Assembly (NCBI GenBank): GCA_051532055.1
Contig: JAOPTX010000027.1
Span: 1 to 32,977, forward strand
Source of the DNA: Fibrobacterales bacterium
Lineage (GTDB): Bacteria; Fibrobacterota; Fibrobacteria; Fibrobacterales; JAOPTW01
DNA: 32,977 nt
Direction: 5' to 3'
The notes beneath the pieces were generated by a model. The model saw only the letters and a list, made by a program, of their open reading frames with translations, was not told where the DNA came from and did no database searches. This document shows, one piece after another, positions 1 to 8,421 of this stretch. Within the stretch, counting starts at the first letter, position 1, and every line of letters starts with the position of its first letter. The translations under genes were made by a program, and so were the position numbers.

Positions 1-48
1 CTACATAATCGTCCTTATCTACGTTAAAAACTAGTAAAAAACAGATAT

Positions 49-84
49 GAAAAAAGTACTAAATAAATATTCAGTACTTTTTTC
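49..84. terminator. Probable bidirectional intrinsic terminator downstream of the nap operon
   Basis: Inverted repeat GAAAAAAGTACT (49-60) / AGTACTTTTTTC (73-84), about 30 bp past the napB stop. Confidence 0.65.
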
Positions 85-112
85 TAACTCTCTTATTTTG
101 CTCGCTCGCTCG

Positions 113-670
113 CTATTGCAGAGGCATATGACAAGCAGTACAATTTGGCCGTTCTTCATGAGTTGAGCGAATCTCTTTTACTCCAGTTGGGCCAAAATGA
201 CAGGTTGCACAATTTTTTCTGAGTTTCGTATCATGAGGAATCATCGGAGGCATCCCAGGAGCTATGCGATTTCCTCTCTTGGGTGCATTTGCAAATTGAA
301 AAGTACTTCCTCTAAATAGTGCACTGTCCAATTTAGGGCTATGGCACTGACGGCAATTTGGCAGAGCATCATGAGGAATAGGCATTGCAAATTTATCCCA
401 TTCTTTTACATATCCACCCGTTTCGTGACACGCCATACAATCCTTCCCCATAAATCGTTCTGCACTTATGGGATGATTGATTTGAGGAGGCGCGCCTGCA
501 TAAGCCCGGTTTTCATAAAACTGCTTAATTGAACGCTCAGCCTCTGCTATCTTTTCTTTGGGTATCTCTACTACAGAATTAGGTAGTTTGGCTTTTGAAT
601 CACTACCGTTACACCCAAAGAAGGCCAACATAAATGGTACTGCTATACAAAGAATACGGTTTTTAATCAT
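113..670 (-). CDS. napB: NapB-like tetraheme c-type cytochrome, predicted lipoprotein
   Basis: ATG at 670 overlaps the napA stop (TAATG). Lipobox LAFFG-C. Four CxxCH motifs (CMACH, CRQCH, CATCH, CTACH), each pair preceded by a NapB-type PPxIxH motif. Confidence 0.8.
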   Translation of the reverse strand: MIKNRILCIAVPFMLAFFGCNGSDSKAKLPNSVVEIPKEKIAEAERSIKQFYENRAYAGAPPQINHPISAERFMGKDCMACHETGGYVKEWDKFAMPIPHDALPNCRQCHSPKLDSALFRGSTFQFANAPKRGNRIAPGMPPMIPHDTKLRKNCATCHFGPTGVKEIRSTHEERPNCTACHMPLQ

Positions 671-2982
671 TATACTTTCTCCACGGTAACAGCACACTTT
701 TTATAGTCTGGCTGTTTGGATATATGGTCAAATGCATCGAGTGTTACATCATTGATCAATTTATCTTCATCAAAAAATGGCACAAATACCATCCCTTTCG
801 GAGGGTTCCCTCGTTGTTCAATTGCTGCAGGCAGAATTATCTCTCCTCTTCGAGATTTAACACGAACTTTATCACCATCTGAAACACCAAGACGTTTTGC
901 ATCTTCTATATTCATTTCACAATAGGCACGCGGTCTTGCTGCATGAAGGGCTGGAACTCGACGCGTCATAGACCCTGAATGCCAATGTTCAATAACTCTA
1001 CCCGTATTGAGCCAAAATGGATAATCTGCATCTGGCTCTTCCGCTGCTGGCTCATAAGGACGCTGCCATATTATTGCTCTGCCATCAGGTTTTCCGTAGA
1101 AATCATAGCCTTCACCTTTACAAGCGGGGTCATACTTTCCATGAAAACGCCACTGTGTTGATTTTCCATTCACATAGGGCCAGATCATTCCAGGATTTTT
1201 CTTCAATACATCATATGGTGCCATTCCATGTTTAGCGCCTTGGTGAAAGAGCGAATACTCATCCCAAATTTTTTCAATGTAATTTTCTTTAGTCCATGGG
1301 AATAAGTCACCATAGCCCATTCTTCGTGCAACTTCAATCAGCTGCCATCCATCACTCGTCGCATCTCCCGGTGGATTGACTAATTGGTCGTGATGTTGTG
1401 TTCTTCGTTCTGAGTTACCAAACATACCTTCACGCTCTATCCACATTGCAGCAGGAAGAATCACATCTGCAACGTCAGTTGTTGGTGTTGGATAGATATC
1501 TGAGACCACAATAAAGCGCCCATCTTTTTCGCACCCTTTACGATACCGATTCAAGTTAGGCATAGTAACCATTGGGTTAGTAACTTGTATCCACATAAAT
1601 TTTATATCACCACGATCAAGTGCTCTAAACATAGAAACCGTATGGTGCGTTGGTTTAGGGTCAATATTTGATACCGGAACTTTCCAAATTTCTGCAGCCA
1701 TTTTACGGTACTTCTCTTTCATCACAACACCCTTAGGGAGTTTATGTGTAAGAGTTCCTACTTCACGAACGGTACCACAAGCACTTGGTTGTCCCGTGAG
1801 TGAAAAGGGACTGTTACCTGGTGTTGATATTTTACCCACAAGCAAGTGAATATTATAAACAAGGTTATTTATCCAAGTGCCACGAGTATGTTGATTCATA
1901 CCCATGCACCAAAGTGACATTACTTTCTTCTTTGGGTCACCGTAGAGACGTGCCATATAACGTATATCCGCTGCGGGTACTCCAGAGATCTTCTCTGCTT
2001 TTTCAGGAGTATAGTCTTCTAAGAATGTTTTATATGCTTCAAAGTCAATCCCTTCGGCCTTCTCTTTAAATTTAAAATGCTCTTCAAGGCCATAGCCGGG
2101 GTTCGTCTTACCCTTCTTAAAATTACAGTGATTTTTGACAAAGTTTTTATCAACCCAACCGTTGTTAATAATTTCATAACAAATTGCATTTGCTACTGCT
2201 AAGTCAGACTGAGGCTTGAACAAAATAGAACGGTCAGCCGCTGCACTGGTACGTGTCGTACGAGTAGCAAAGTCGACAATGGTCACTCCCCTCTTCTGTT
2301 TTTGTTCTAAAATACGAGAAAAAAGCACGGGGTGCATCTCGGCCATATTGTTGCCCCATGTAATAAATACATCAGCATGATCAATATCTTCATAACAGCC
2401 CATTGGTTCATCGAGCCCAAAGCTTGTTAAAAAGCCTGTAACAGCACTCGCCATACAAAGGCGTGCATTTGCTTCGAGATTATTCGTACCTATGGCACCT
2501 TTAAAAAGCTTAGAAGCCACATATCCATCAGGAATAGACCATTGTCCAGACCCATACATTGATACCGCATCTTTACCATGTTCCTTAATAGTCTCTTGCA
2601 TTTTACTTGCAACAAGGTCGAGGGCTTCGCTCAATGGTACTTCTACCATTTTTCCATTCTTCTTAATTTTCGCTGTAGTAATACGATCTTTACCATACAG
2701 AGTCAGTACCGAATGGTAACCTTTTGTACAACAATAACCTTTGTTTACCGGACTCTCTGGGTCACCTTTCACTGCAACTGCTTTACCATTCTTGGTAGCA
2801 ATCTTTACACCGCACCCTACACCACAAAATCGACAGGGCGCTTTATTCCATGTAACACCAGTGAGTTCTTCTTCTTTAGGAGTTCCTGCGAACACAGCTC
2901 CCGGAAACATTTGTGTTGCTGCTGCAATAGCGGAGCCCGCTGCAACACTTTTTAAAAACGATCTTCTTGAGACTTCAGACAT
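670..2982 (-). CDS. napA: Periplasmic nitrate reductase catalytic subunit (Mo-bisPGD, 4Fe-4S)
   Basis: Tat signal [15 protein letters not shown]...C cluster motif; [11 protein letters not shown]o-ligand region; [17 protein letters not shown]-terminal [11 protein letters not shown]. Confidence 0.96.
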   Translation of the reverse strand: MSEVSRRSFLKSVAAGSAIAAATQMFPGAVFAGTPKEEELTGVTWNKAPCRFCGVGCGVKIATKNGKAVAVKGDPESPVNKGYCCTKGYHSVLTLYGKDRITTAKIKKNGKMVEVPLSEALDLVASKMQETIKEHGKDAVSMYGSGQWSIPDGYVASKLFKGAIGTNNLEANARLCMASAVTGFLTSFGLDEPMGCYEDIDHADVFITWGNNMAEMHPVLFSRILEQKQKRGVTIVDFATRTTRTSAAADRSILFKPQSDLAVANAICYEIINNGWVDKNFVKNHCNFKKGKTNPGYGLEEHFKFKEKAEGIDFEAYKTFLEDYTPEKAEKISGVPAADIRYMARLYGDPKKKVMSLWCMGMNQHTRGTWINNLVYNIHLLVGKISTPGNSPFSLTGQPSACGTVREVGTLTHKLPKGVVMKEKYRKMAAEIWKVPVSNIDPKPTHHTVSMFRALDRGDIKFMWIQVTNPMVTMPNLNRYRKGCEKDGRFIVVSDIYPTPTTDVADVILPAAMWIEREGMFGNSERRTQHHDQLVNPPGDATSDGWQLIEVARRMGYGDLFPWTKENYIEKIWDEYSLFHQGAKHGMAPYDVLKKNPGMIWPYVNGKSTQWRFHGKYDPACKGEGYDFYGKPDGRAIIWQRPYEPAAEEPDADYPFWLNTGRVIEHWHSGSMTRRVPALHAARPRAYCEMNIEDAKRLGVSDGDKVRVKSRRGEIILPAAIEQRGNPPKGMVFVPFFDEDKLINDVTLDAFDHISKQPDYKKCAVTVEKV

Positions 2983-3242
2983 TATACGGTATCCTCACTG
3001 GGTTGTGAAACAGCTTCTTCGACTGATCCATAGGCAAAAGCAACATCTATAACACCATCAATATCTTTTAAGGCTCGCTCTACCATCTTATCGGCATCAA
3101 TATCAGGAGTATCTACTACAACGACAAACACATCTTTGTTGTCAGAAGGAATCACTTCTATATGATCCATATTAGAAAGAAATACTTCTACTTGATCTTT
3201 CTTTTCGGGAAGCGTATTTATTACATAACTTGATATTGGCAT
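2982..3242 (-). CDS. napD: NapD chaperone
   Basis: 86-aa acidic ferredoxin-like protein starting MPISSYVI; its stop overlaps the napA start. Confidence 0.85.
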   Translation of the reverse strand: MPISSYVINTLPEKKDQVEVFLSNMDHIEVIPSDNKDVFVVVVDTPDIDADKMVERALKDIDGVIDVAFAYGSVEEAVSQPSEDTV

Positions 3243-3354
3243 AGCACTACTGTTACAGAGTTGTATCTTACAAATATGTACTATATTACTACTCTACGTT
3301 GACTATTTTTATGATATTTTTGGATTTGTAAAGAAATTATCATCTTTAAAATGA

Positions 3355-4143
3355 TTACAACTTAGACTCTTTTTGAGAGATACCGCTATCGGTAACAAGA
3401 ATGTCCATGTGAAGGGAGCCCTCTTGTGCTGTAGGAAATTCCTCAACTACTTGTGAAGCAAAGCCAACCCCTACTCTTTTTGTAGGAATGGTAACAGAGA
3501 GCAGGTTTGCATAGAAATCTTTACGATGACTCATACGCATATATGCTTCTGAAAAGAAGAGTCCTGGAATCAATATACAGTCAAGGCTTCTCTGAAAACC
3601 ACGTTCAGACTCTGGTGCAGGTGGTTGTTTTCTCCCAAAAGGCCCACTTTCGAGCATTTCAAGGTCTGAAACAACTACAAAACGCACTGATTCATCGGCC
3701 TCAACCCGCGGTAAATAGAGTTCTTTACCAGCCATCAATAGTTCTTGATAGAGTGGTGTTAGGTCAGGTTCATTCTTAAGAGGCATGAAGCCACCAATTG
3801 CGTCGGCCGAAAGATAGAGGTCCCAATTTGATATATGGTGAATCAATTGTGCAGTTAATCTCTCTTGCTCTCCTTTCTCGAACAACACTGGTGGAGGAAG
3901 TTCTCGTGATACAGGTTCCAGTGCAACAGCTCCGGTAGCTAATACCTTTGGCTGACTTGCAATTTGTGGAGTTTCATCTAGATGATCCGCAATCTGATCT
4001 TCAATATCGCGCTGTAAGTTTGACCATTTAACTTTTAGATCTCTGAACCATTTAATGAGCCGAGCAACTTTCTTAATATCTATTAAAAAAAGTGAAGCAA
4101 TAAGGATAAAGAGTACCTCATACATTCCAAGTCCATTAAGCAT
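3355..4143 (-). CDS. TatB-like N-terminus fused to a degenerate 5-formyltetrahydrofolate cyclo-ligase-like domain
   Basis: N-terminus GLGMYEVLFILIASLFL plus amphipathic helix (TatA/B type), overlapping the tatC stop. C-terminus has FMPLKNEPD, LYLPRV, GPFG..QP, LDCILIPG and D.LVTD, typical of the YgfA fold. Confidence 0.75.
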   Translation of the reverse strand: MLNGLGMYEVLFILIASLFLIDIKKVARLIKWFRDLKVKWSNLQRDIEDQIADHLDETPQIASQPKVLATGAVALEPVSRELPPPVLFEKGEQERLTAQLIHHISNWDLYLSADAIGGFMPLKNEPDLTPLYQELLMAGKELYLPRVEADESVRFVVVSDLEMLESGPFGRKQPPAPESERGFQRSLDCILIPGLFFSEAYMRMSHRKDFYANLLSVTIPTKRVGVGFASQVVEEFPTAQEGSLHMDILVTDSGISQKESKL

Positions 4144-4867
4144 TAGCCCCTCCTTGACGATTAAATACCCACGCTAAGAGAACGCTCAAAAGATAGAGTA
4201 CAATTATCGGGCATGCCAGTAACACCATAGATACAGGATCAGGTGGTGTCAGCATTGCTGCCACAACAAAAATTAAGAGGATTGCGATTTTAAACTGTGC
4301 GAGGAGAAACTGAGCAGTTATCAGTTTAAGGCCCGCAAGAAATGAGGTAATAATTGGCATTTGAAACATTATGGCAAACACCATCATCATACGAATTAAA
4401 AAGTTTGCGTAGCTCGCTTGCGTCCACGTTTGCTCAGCGACACTTGATCCATAGGTTGCTAAAAATGAGAGACTTGCAGGTATAACTACTACCAAGGCAA
4501 AACCCGCCCCCATTAAAAAGAAGAGTACCGAGAAAAAAACAGCAGGAATCAAAACTCGCTTCTCTTTTTTATACAGAGCCGGAGCAATAAAACTATACAC
4601 TTGCCAAAAAATGATGGGAGAGGCAATAATAGCACCCGCCATAAAGGCAACCTTGAAATCGATAATCAGTGCTTCGGTTGGGGCAATATTGATGATATTA
4701 ATGTCAGAACTCTTAATATATGGATTAAGAAAAAACTGCCAAACATATTTAATGTTAAAAAGGCAAGTTGCACCCGATAAGAATACTGCCAAAGCAATTT
4801 TGAAGACCCTATTTTTAAGCTCACCAAGATGAGTCATAAGAGGCATGGTACTAACTGTATCACTCAT
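4136..4867 (-). CDS. tatC: Twin-arginine translocase subunit TatC
   Basis: MPLMTHLGELKNR, FIAPALYKKEK, FQMP, AAMLTPPDPVS motifs; about six TM helices. Confidence 0.96.
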   Translation of the reverse strand: MSDTVSTMPLMTHLGELKNRVFKIALAVFLSGATCLFNIKYVWQFFLNPYIKSSDINIINIAPTEALIIDFKVAFMAGAIIASPIIFWQVYSFIAPALYKKEKRVLIPAVFFSVLFFLMGAGFALVVVIPASLSFLATYGSSVAEQTWTQASYANFLIRMMMVFAIMFQMPIITSFLAGLKLITAQFLLAQFKIAILLIFVVAAMLTPPDPVSMVLLACPIIVLYLLSVLLAWVFNRQGGANA

Positions 4868-4899
4868 AGTGAGAAACGCTCTCGTATTGGATAAATGAC

Positions 4900-5088
4900 T
4901 TAGGCGTCTTTAGAATCAGAATCAGATTTGTGATCAATCTCTTTTTTAGCATCATTCTGAGTATCTTTAAACTTTTTGATACCCTTGCCAAAGCTTTCTG
5001 CTATATCAGGTATACGTTTTGCTCCAAATAGAAGGAGGAAAATTGCCAAAATGATTATAAGTCCTGGAAGTCCGATATTTTGAAGCAT
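4900..5088 (-). CDS. tatA: Twin-arginine translocase subunit TatA
   Basis: [37 protein letters not shown]; start placed at ATG 5088 after the AAGGA RBS. Confidence 0.95.
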   Translation of the reverse strand: MLQNIGLPGLIIILAIFLLLFGAKRIPDIAESFGKGIKKFKDTQNDAKKEIDHKSDSDSKDA

Positions 5089-5204
5089 ATTGTTCCTTAA
5101 TTGCACTTTGGGTTTAAAAATAGTTTCTCCTGGTCAATATCTGTATAAATATCATGGATAAATATTCAACCTCACCATTCTTTACGAAATTATAAAAATT
5201 ACGG

Positions 5205-5651
5205 CTATATTTTTACCTGAATTTTGTGCTCTGACACCAGTGTATCATCCAGATACAGTTCTATGCGCCATTTCCCCGGAATATCCCTTTTTTTATTAAA
5301 AGTATAGGGGAGCCAAGTTCTATATTTCCTTCCTGGACCCAATTTCCAGTCAAAATGACTCATACATACCAGTCTTCCTGCACCATCATAAATGTTATAT
5401 CTGAAGTTCCAGGTTTTTCGAGGAATATTATACCACCAGGAATAAATATAAAAGGTTTCCACCTTACTCATCGAAATAGAATTGAAAGAATCAATAGGAA
5501 ATTTTTTATCATTCAATCCAGTAGTAAAAGTGACTTCTTTTTCTGGATTTTTTAAGTAGTTATTCAACACCTGTTGTTGATATCCACATGATGTAAAAAT
5601 AAATAAAAAGAATAATATTAAATATTTAGACGGTGATAATAATAGGTTCAT
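5205..5651 (-). CDS. Hypothetical lipoprotein, probable Ig-like beta-sandwich
   Basis: Lipobox FTS-C; beta-rich sequence ending PGKWRIELYLDD; last gene of a three-gene operon. Confidence 0.65.
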   Translation of the reverse strand: MNLLLSPSKYLILFFLFIFTSCGYQQQVLNNYLKNPEKEVTFTTGLNDKKFPIDSFNSISMSKVETFYIYSWWYNIPRKTWNFRYNIYDGAGRLVCMSHFDWKLGPGRKYRTWLPYTFNKKRDIPGKWRIELYLDDTLVSEHKIQVKI

Positions 5652-5673
5652 TATAAGGCTCTTGATAACTTCA

Positions 5674-6813
5674 TTAATTAAAATATTTTACAAGGAGTAC
5701 ACGATTCGAATCTGTTTCAGGAAAAAGCTCAACAGATTCTTCAAGGTAACTTTTTAACCAATCATCTTTATCTACAACTTGTAAATGCTGAAAGCCCACT
5801 TCAAGTAATTCCCTGTATTTTGTATAATACTCAGGCAAATGGTTATAGCGTTCCCCTAATTCAAAGAGCCTCGGTCCTATCTTTCTAAAAAAACGTCCTA
5901 AAGTGAGACTGTCACCCTCTTTTAAAAGATGTCTCGCTTCTCTTTGGTAAAAGTCAATTAAATGTGAGAGATGATAAGCATTGTTATCTTCCAAATACAC
6001 TTTTATTTCAACTAATCGCATTCTATCACTTACAGCCATTATAGTGTCACTGGTGTGTTGATTACTCATGTTCCGTATTATCATTTTTTTCAATGATATT
6101 ATTTTTCGTTCGAGATAATCCTCATATGTTGGACCTTTGGCCTCTTCACTGTACCATTCGACCTCTCCAGAACCATAATAAGCAGAGTCGTGTACCTGGT
6201 GATACCCAATAGGGTTGGTCGTTTCGACATCTATTGTCGATCCTTGACCATCGTTTATTTGTGCAAATGCATGATAGGGAACTAAAACTCCTTTTGCATT
6301 CAAATTATAAAAGTCTGCAAGGAGCAGATAAAGCAATGCCGAACTCATACAATTATAATTACCATCTTTTAATAGTTCTGAAAGCCTTGTTTGATTGAAA
6401 CTATATGTTGGGTGAGATGAAATCACATTTGGATAAAAGTACTTTTGCATTTCGTGAAACAGTATATACCCTTTTTGTTCAATATCTTTTTCTTTTCTTA
6501 TTTGTGAGGTCTTTATTTTTACAAATGCCAACACCTTTTTTTCCAGAGGCAGATATGTACCCCATGTTCTTACGTCTCCTGAGGCTACAATTGCGAGTGC
6601 TAATTTTTTTCGCAGAGAACTATGTTCACCTGTAATTGCCCACTCTTCAAAATCTGTAAGGGGTGACCATATTGGCATCCTACTCTCACCAAATTCTATT
6701 CTATTTCCAGAAATATATTTCTGACTTTGGGCTACTGGTTTCGACGTAGAGCAAGCAAATAGGACTGTTAATACAAAAAAGAAGGCTAAGCAATACTTCA
6801 CGTAACACATCAC
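5674..6813 (-). CDS. Transglutaminase-like (papain-fold) lipoprotein with intact catalytic Cys
   Basis: Lipobox LFA-C; GNYNCMSSALLY (Cys), VPYHAFAQI (His), DVETT (acidic residue). Confidence 0.7.
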   Translation of the reverse strand: MMCYVKYCLAFFFVLTVLFACSTSKPVAQSQKYISGNRIEFGESRMPIWSPLTDFEEWAITGEHSSLRKKLALAIVASGDVRTWGTYLPLEKKVLAFVKIKTSQIRKEKDIEQKGYILFHEMQKYFYPNVISSHPTYSFNQTRLSELLKDGNYNCMSSALLYLLLADFYNLNAKGVLVPYHAFAQINDGQGSTIDVETTNPIGYHQVHDSAYYGSGEVEWYSEEAKGPTYEDYLERKIISLKKMIIRNMSNQHTSDTIMAVSDRMRLVEIKVYLEDNNAYHLSHLIDFYQREARHLLKEGDSLTLGRFFRKIGPRLFELGERYNHLPEYYTKYRELLEVGFQHLQVVDKDDWLKSYLEESVELFPETDSNRVLLVKYFN

Positions 6814-8345
6814 AATAGACCGTCAATTATATCTAATCGATCTTTACACTGCATAGCCTCTGGCATCTCAAATAAACATCTATTCAATACTTTTCGAGCA
6901 TCATTTATAGCATCATCGTTAGAATATTTAATAGACCAGTTAACATAAGCCACTTCTTTATTAGAGATTATACTTTCCTTTAAACGCGCAGCATAAGGTT
7001 GTCGATTAAACTCAGTATATAGGTCAATCACCTTTTTCCATGATTCTTTTTTCCAGAGCGTCTCTATGCTCGAAATATAAACCCAGCCTAAATTATTTTT
7101 ACACTGATCTATCCATTCACAAGTCGTAGTATATCGATTGTGGAGGGTAATTGCTTCGCCATAACGTCCCTTTTCAATAAGCTCATCAAGTATCCCTTTG
7201 AAATACCAGTTGAAATTATACTGAGCATATTGGCTATTAACATTATATGCTGGTATAAAGCGATTCAAGGACGCTAACCGTTCAAGTACCTCATAGTACT
7301 TTTTATGAACATACAGCCGAATCACCTCGTTTAAGGCCACCCAACGATAAGCGGTATAATAGACCTCGGTGGGTTTGGGGTTATGTACCATTTTAGAAAA
7401 ATTTCCCTGAATTACTTTAAAAAACAAGTCGAGCTGCAGGGTATCACCCTGGGACATTAATGAATCAATTTTCTCTTGATAATGAATGAGTAATTGTTCT
7501 GTGTAGTGCGGGTCATTAGCCATGATCAGGACTTTCATCTCAAGAAATGCCATATCATTTTCGAACTGTCGTGCACCTTTCATAAATCGTGAGCTATAGG
7601 CAAACCGAATCATTTCGGTTATGGTAAGAGTATCAATATGGTTTTGGTCCGAAGCTGAGGCTGCGACCCACCCCCTTTTTGAAAACCAAGTAGTATCTAT
7701 TTGAGAATAATCGTTACGAGAACTATTCCAGTTATATCCTTCAACATCAGTAGTTTCAACATTAACAACAGAATCACCCCCGAGCATTAATTGTACATAG
7801 CTATGAGTTGGTGCTTTCAATACCCGAGGATTAAGATCAAAATACTCTGCTAATAATGCATACAGCAATACCGTATTCTTTTCACCATACACACCATTCT
7901 CTACAAGACTTTTAACGCTATTCTGATCGAGAATATAATCCTTCAATCCTTCTTTTAGAGTTGGGTAGAAATTAGAAACCATAGCTTCAAATAAAAAGCG
8001 ACCCTTATCAAAGTTATTCTCTAGTGAATACATTTTTGGTGATACATGTGCTAAAAACTCTTTAATTCGTAATTCAAAAGGGAGATATTCTTTGAGAGTT
8101 CTCACACTATCACCATACAGAAGCGTTAGAGCGAGTTGGTTTGATATTGTTTTTGATTCAGATGCTATAATCCATTGTTCAAACGGCGAAAGCTTTGACC
8201 ATATAATATCGGGCTGAGGAGCATCCTTAAGATCAGCTTCACGCACAAACTGGTCTTGCCTTAATAAAGTATAACCATCGGGTTTACCACAACCGAAGAG
8301 ATTGAGTAGAGTAATAATTGATATGAGATAGAGAATTTTTTTCAT
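6810..8345 (-). CDS. Transglutaminase-like lipoprotein paralog lacking the catalytic Cys, with a helical/TPR-like C-terminus
   Basis: Lipobox LFG-C; aligns with the 5674..6813 protein (WS.L..FE.W.I, LAL....GD.VRT...YLP.E, H...Q, VETT) but has GVYGEKNTVLLY where the Cys motif should be. Confidence 0.7.
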   Translation of the reverse strand: MKKILYLISIITLLNLFGCGKPDGYTLLRQDQFVREADLKDAPQPDIIWSKLSPFEQWIIASESKTISNQLALTLLYGDSVRTLKEYLPFELRIKEFLAHVSPKMYSLENNFDKGRFLFEAMVSNFYPTLKEGLKDYILDQNSVKSLVENGVYGEKNTVLLYALLAEYFDLNPRVLKAPTHSYVQLMLGGDSVVNVETTDVEGYNWNSSRNDYSQIDTTWFSKRGWVAASASDQNHIDTLTITEMIRFAYSSRFMKGARQFENDMAFLEMKVLIMANDPHYTEQLLIHYQEKIDSLMSQGDTLQLDLFFKVIQGNFSKMVHNPKPTEVYYTAYRWVALNEVIRLYVHKKYYEVLERLASLNRFIPAYNVNSQYAQYNFNWYFKGILDELIEKGRYGEAITLHNRYTTTCEWIDQCKNNLGWVYISSIETLWKKESWKKVIDLYTEFNRQPYAARLKESIISNKEVAYVNWSIKYSNDDAINDARKVLNRCLFEMPEAMQCKDRLDIIDGLL

Positions 8346-8364
8346 ACGCTAGTATGACTAAACA

Positions 8365-8397
8365 TAAAAAAAGCCACAGCTCTTATGAGCTGTGGCT
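8365..8397 (-). terminator. Intrinsic terminator after the GH30 gene
   Basis: Perfect 11-bp stem AGCCACAGCTC-ttat-GAGCTGTGGCT; adjacent A-run gives a U-tract on the minus strand. Confidence 0.85.
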
Positions 8398-8421
8398 AAC
8401 AATTTTAGATAAATTGTTTAA

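Noticed and set aside
100..114. (GCTC)n microsatellite after the napB stop
   Set aside because: Fewer than four full units and non-coding; no evidence of phase variation
341..3052. Several short plus-strand ORFs over napAB
   Set aside because: Antisense to well-supported genes, with no recognisable motifs
3261..3273. TTGTA-TCT-TACAA palindrome upstream of napD as an FNR/NarL site
   Set aside because: Does not match TTGAT-N4-ATCAA or NarL heptamers; short AT-rich palindromes are expected by chance
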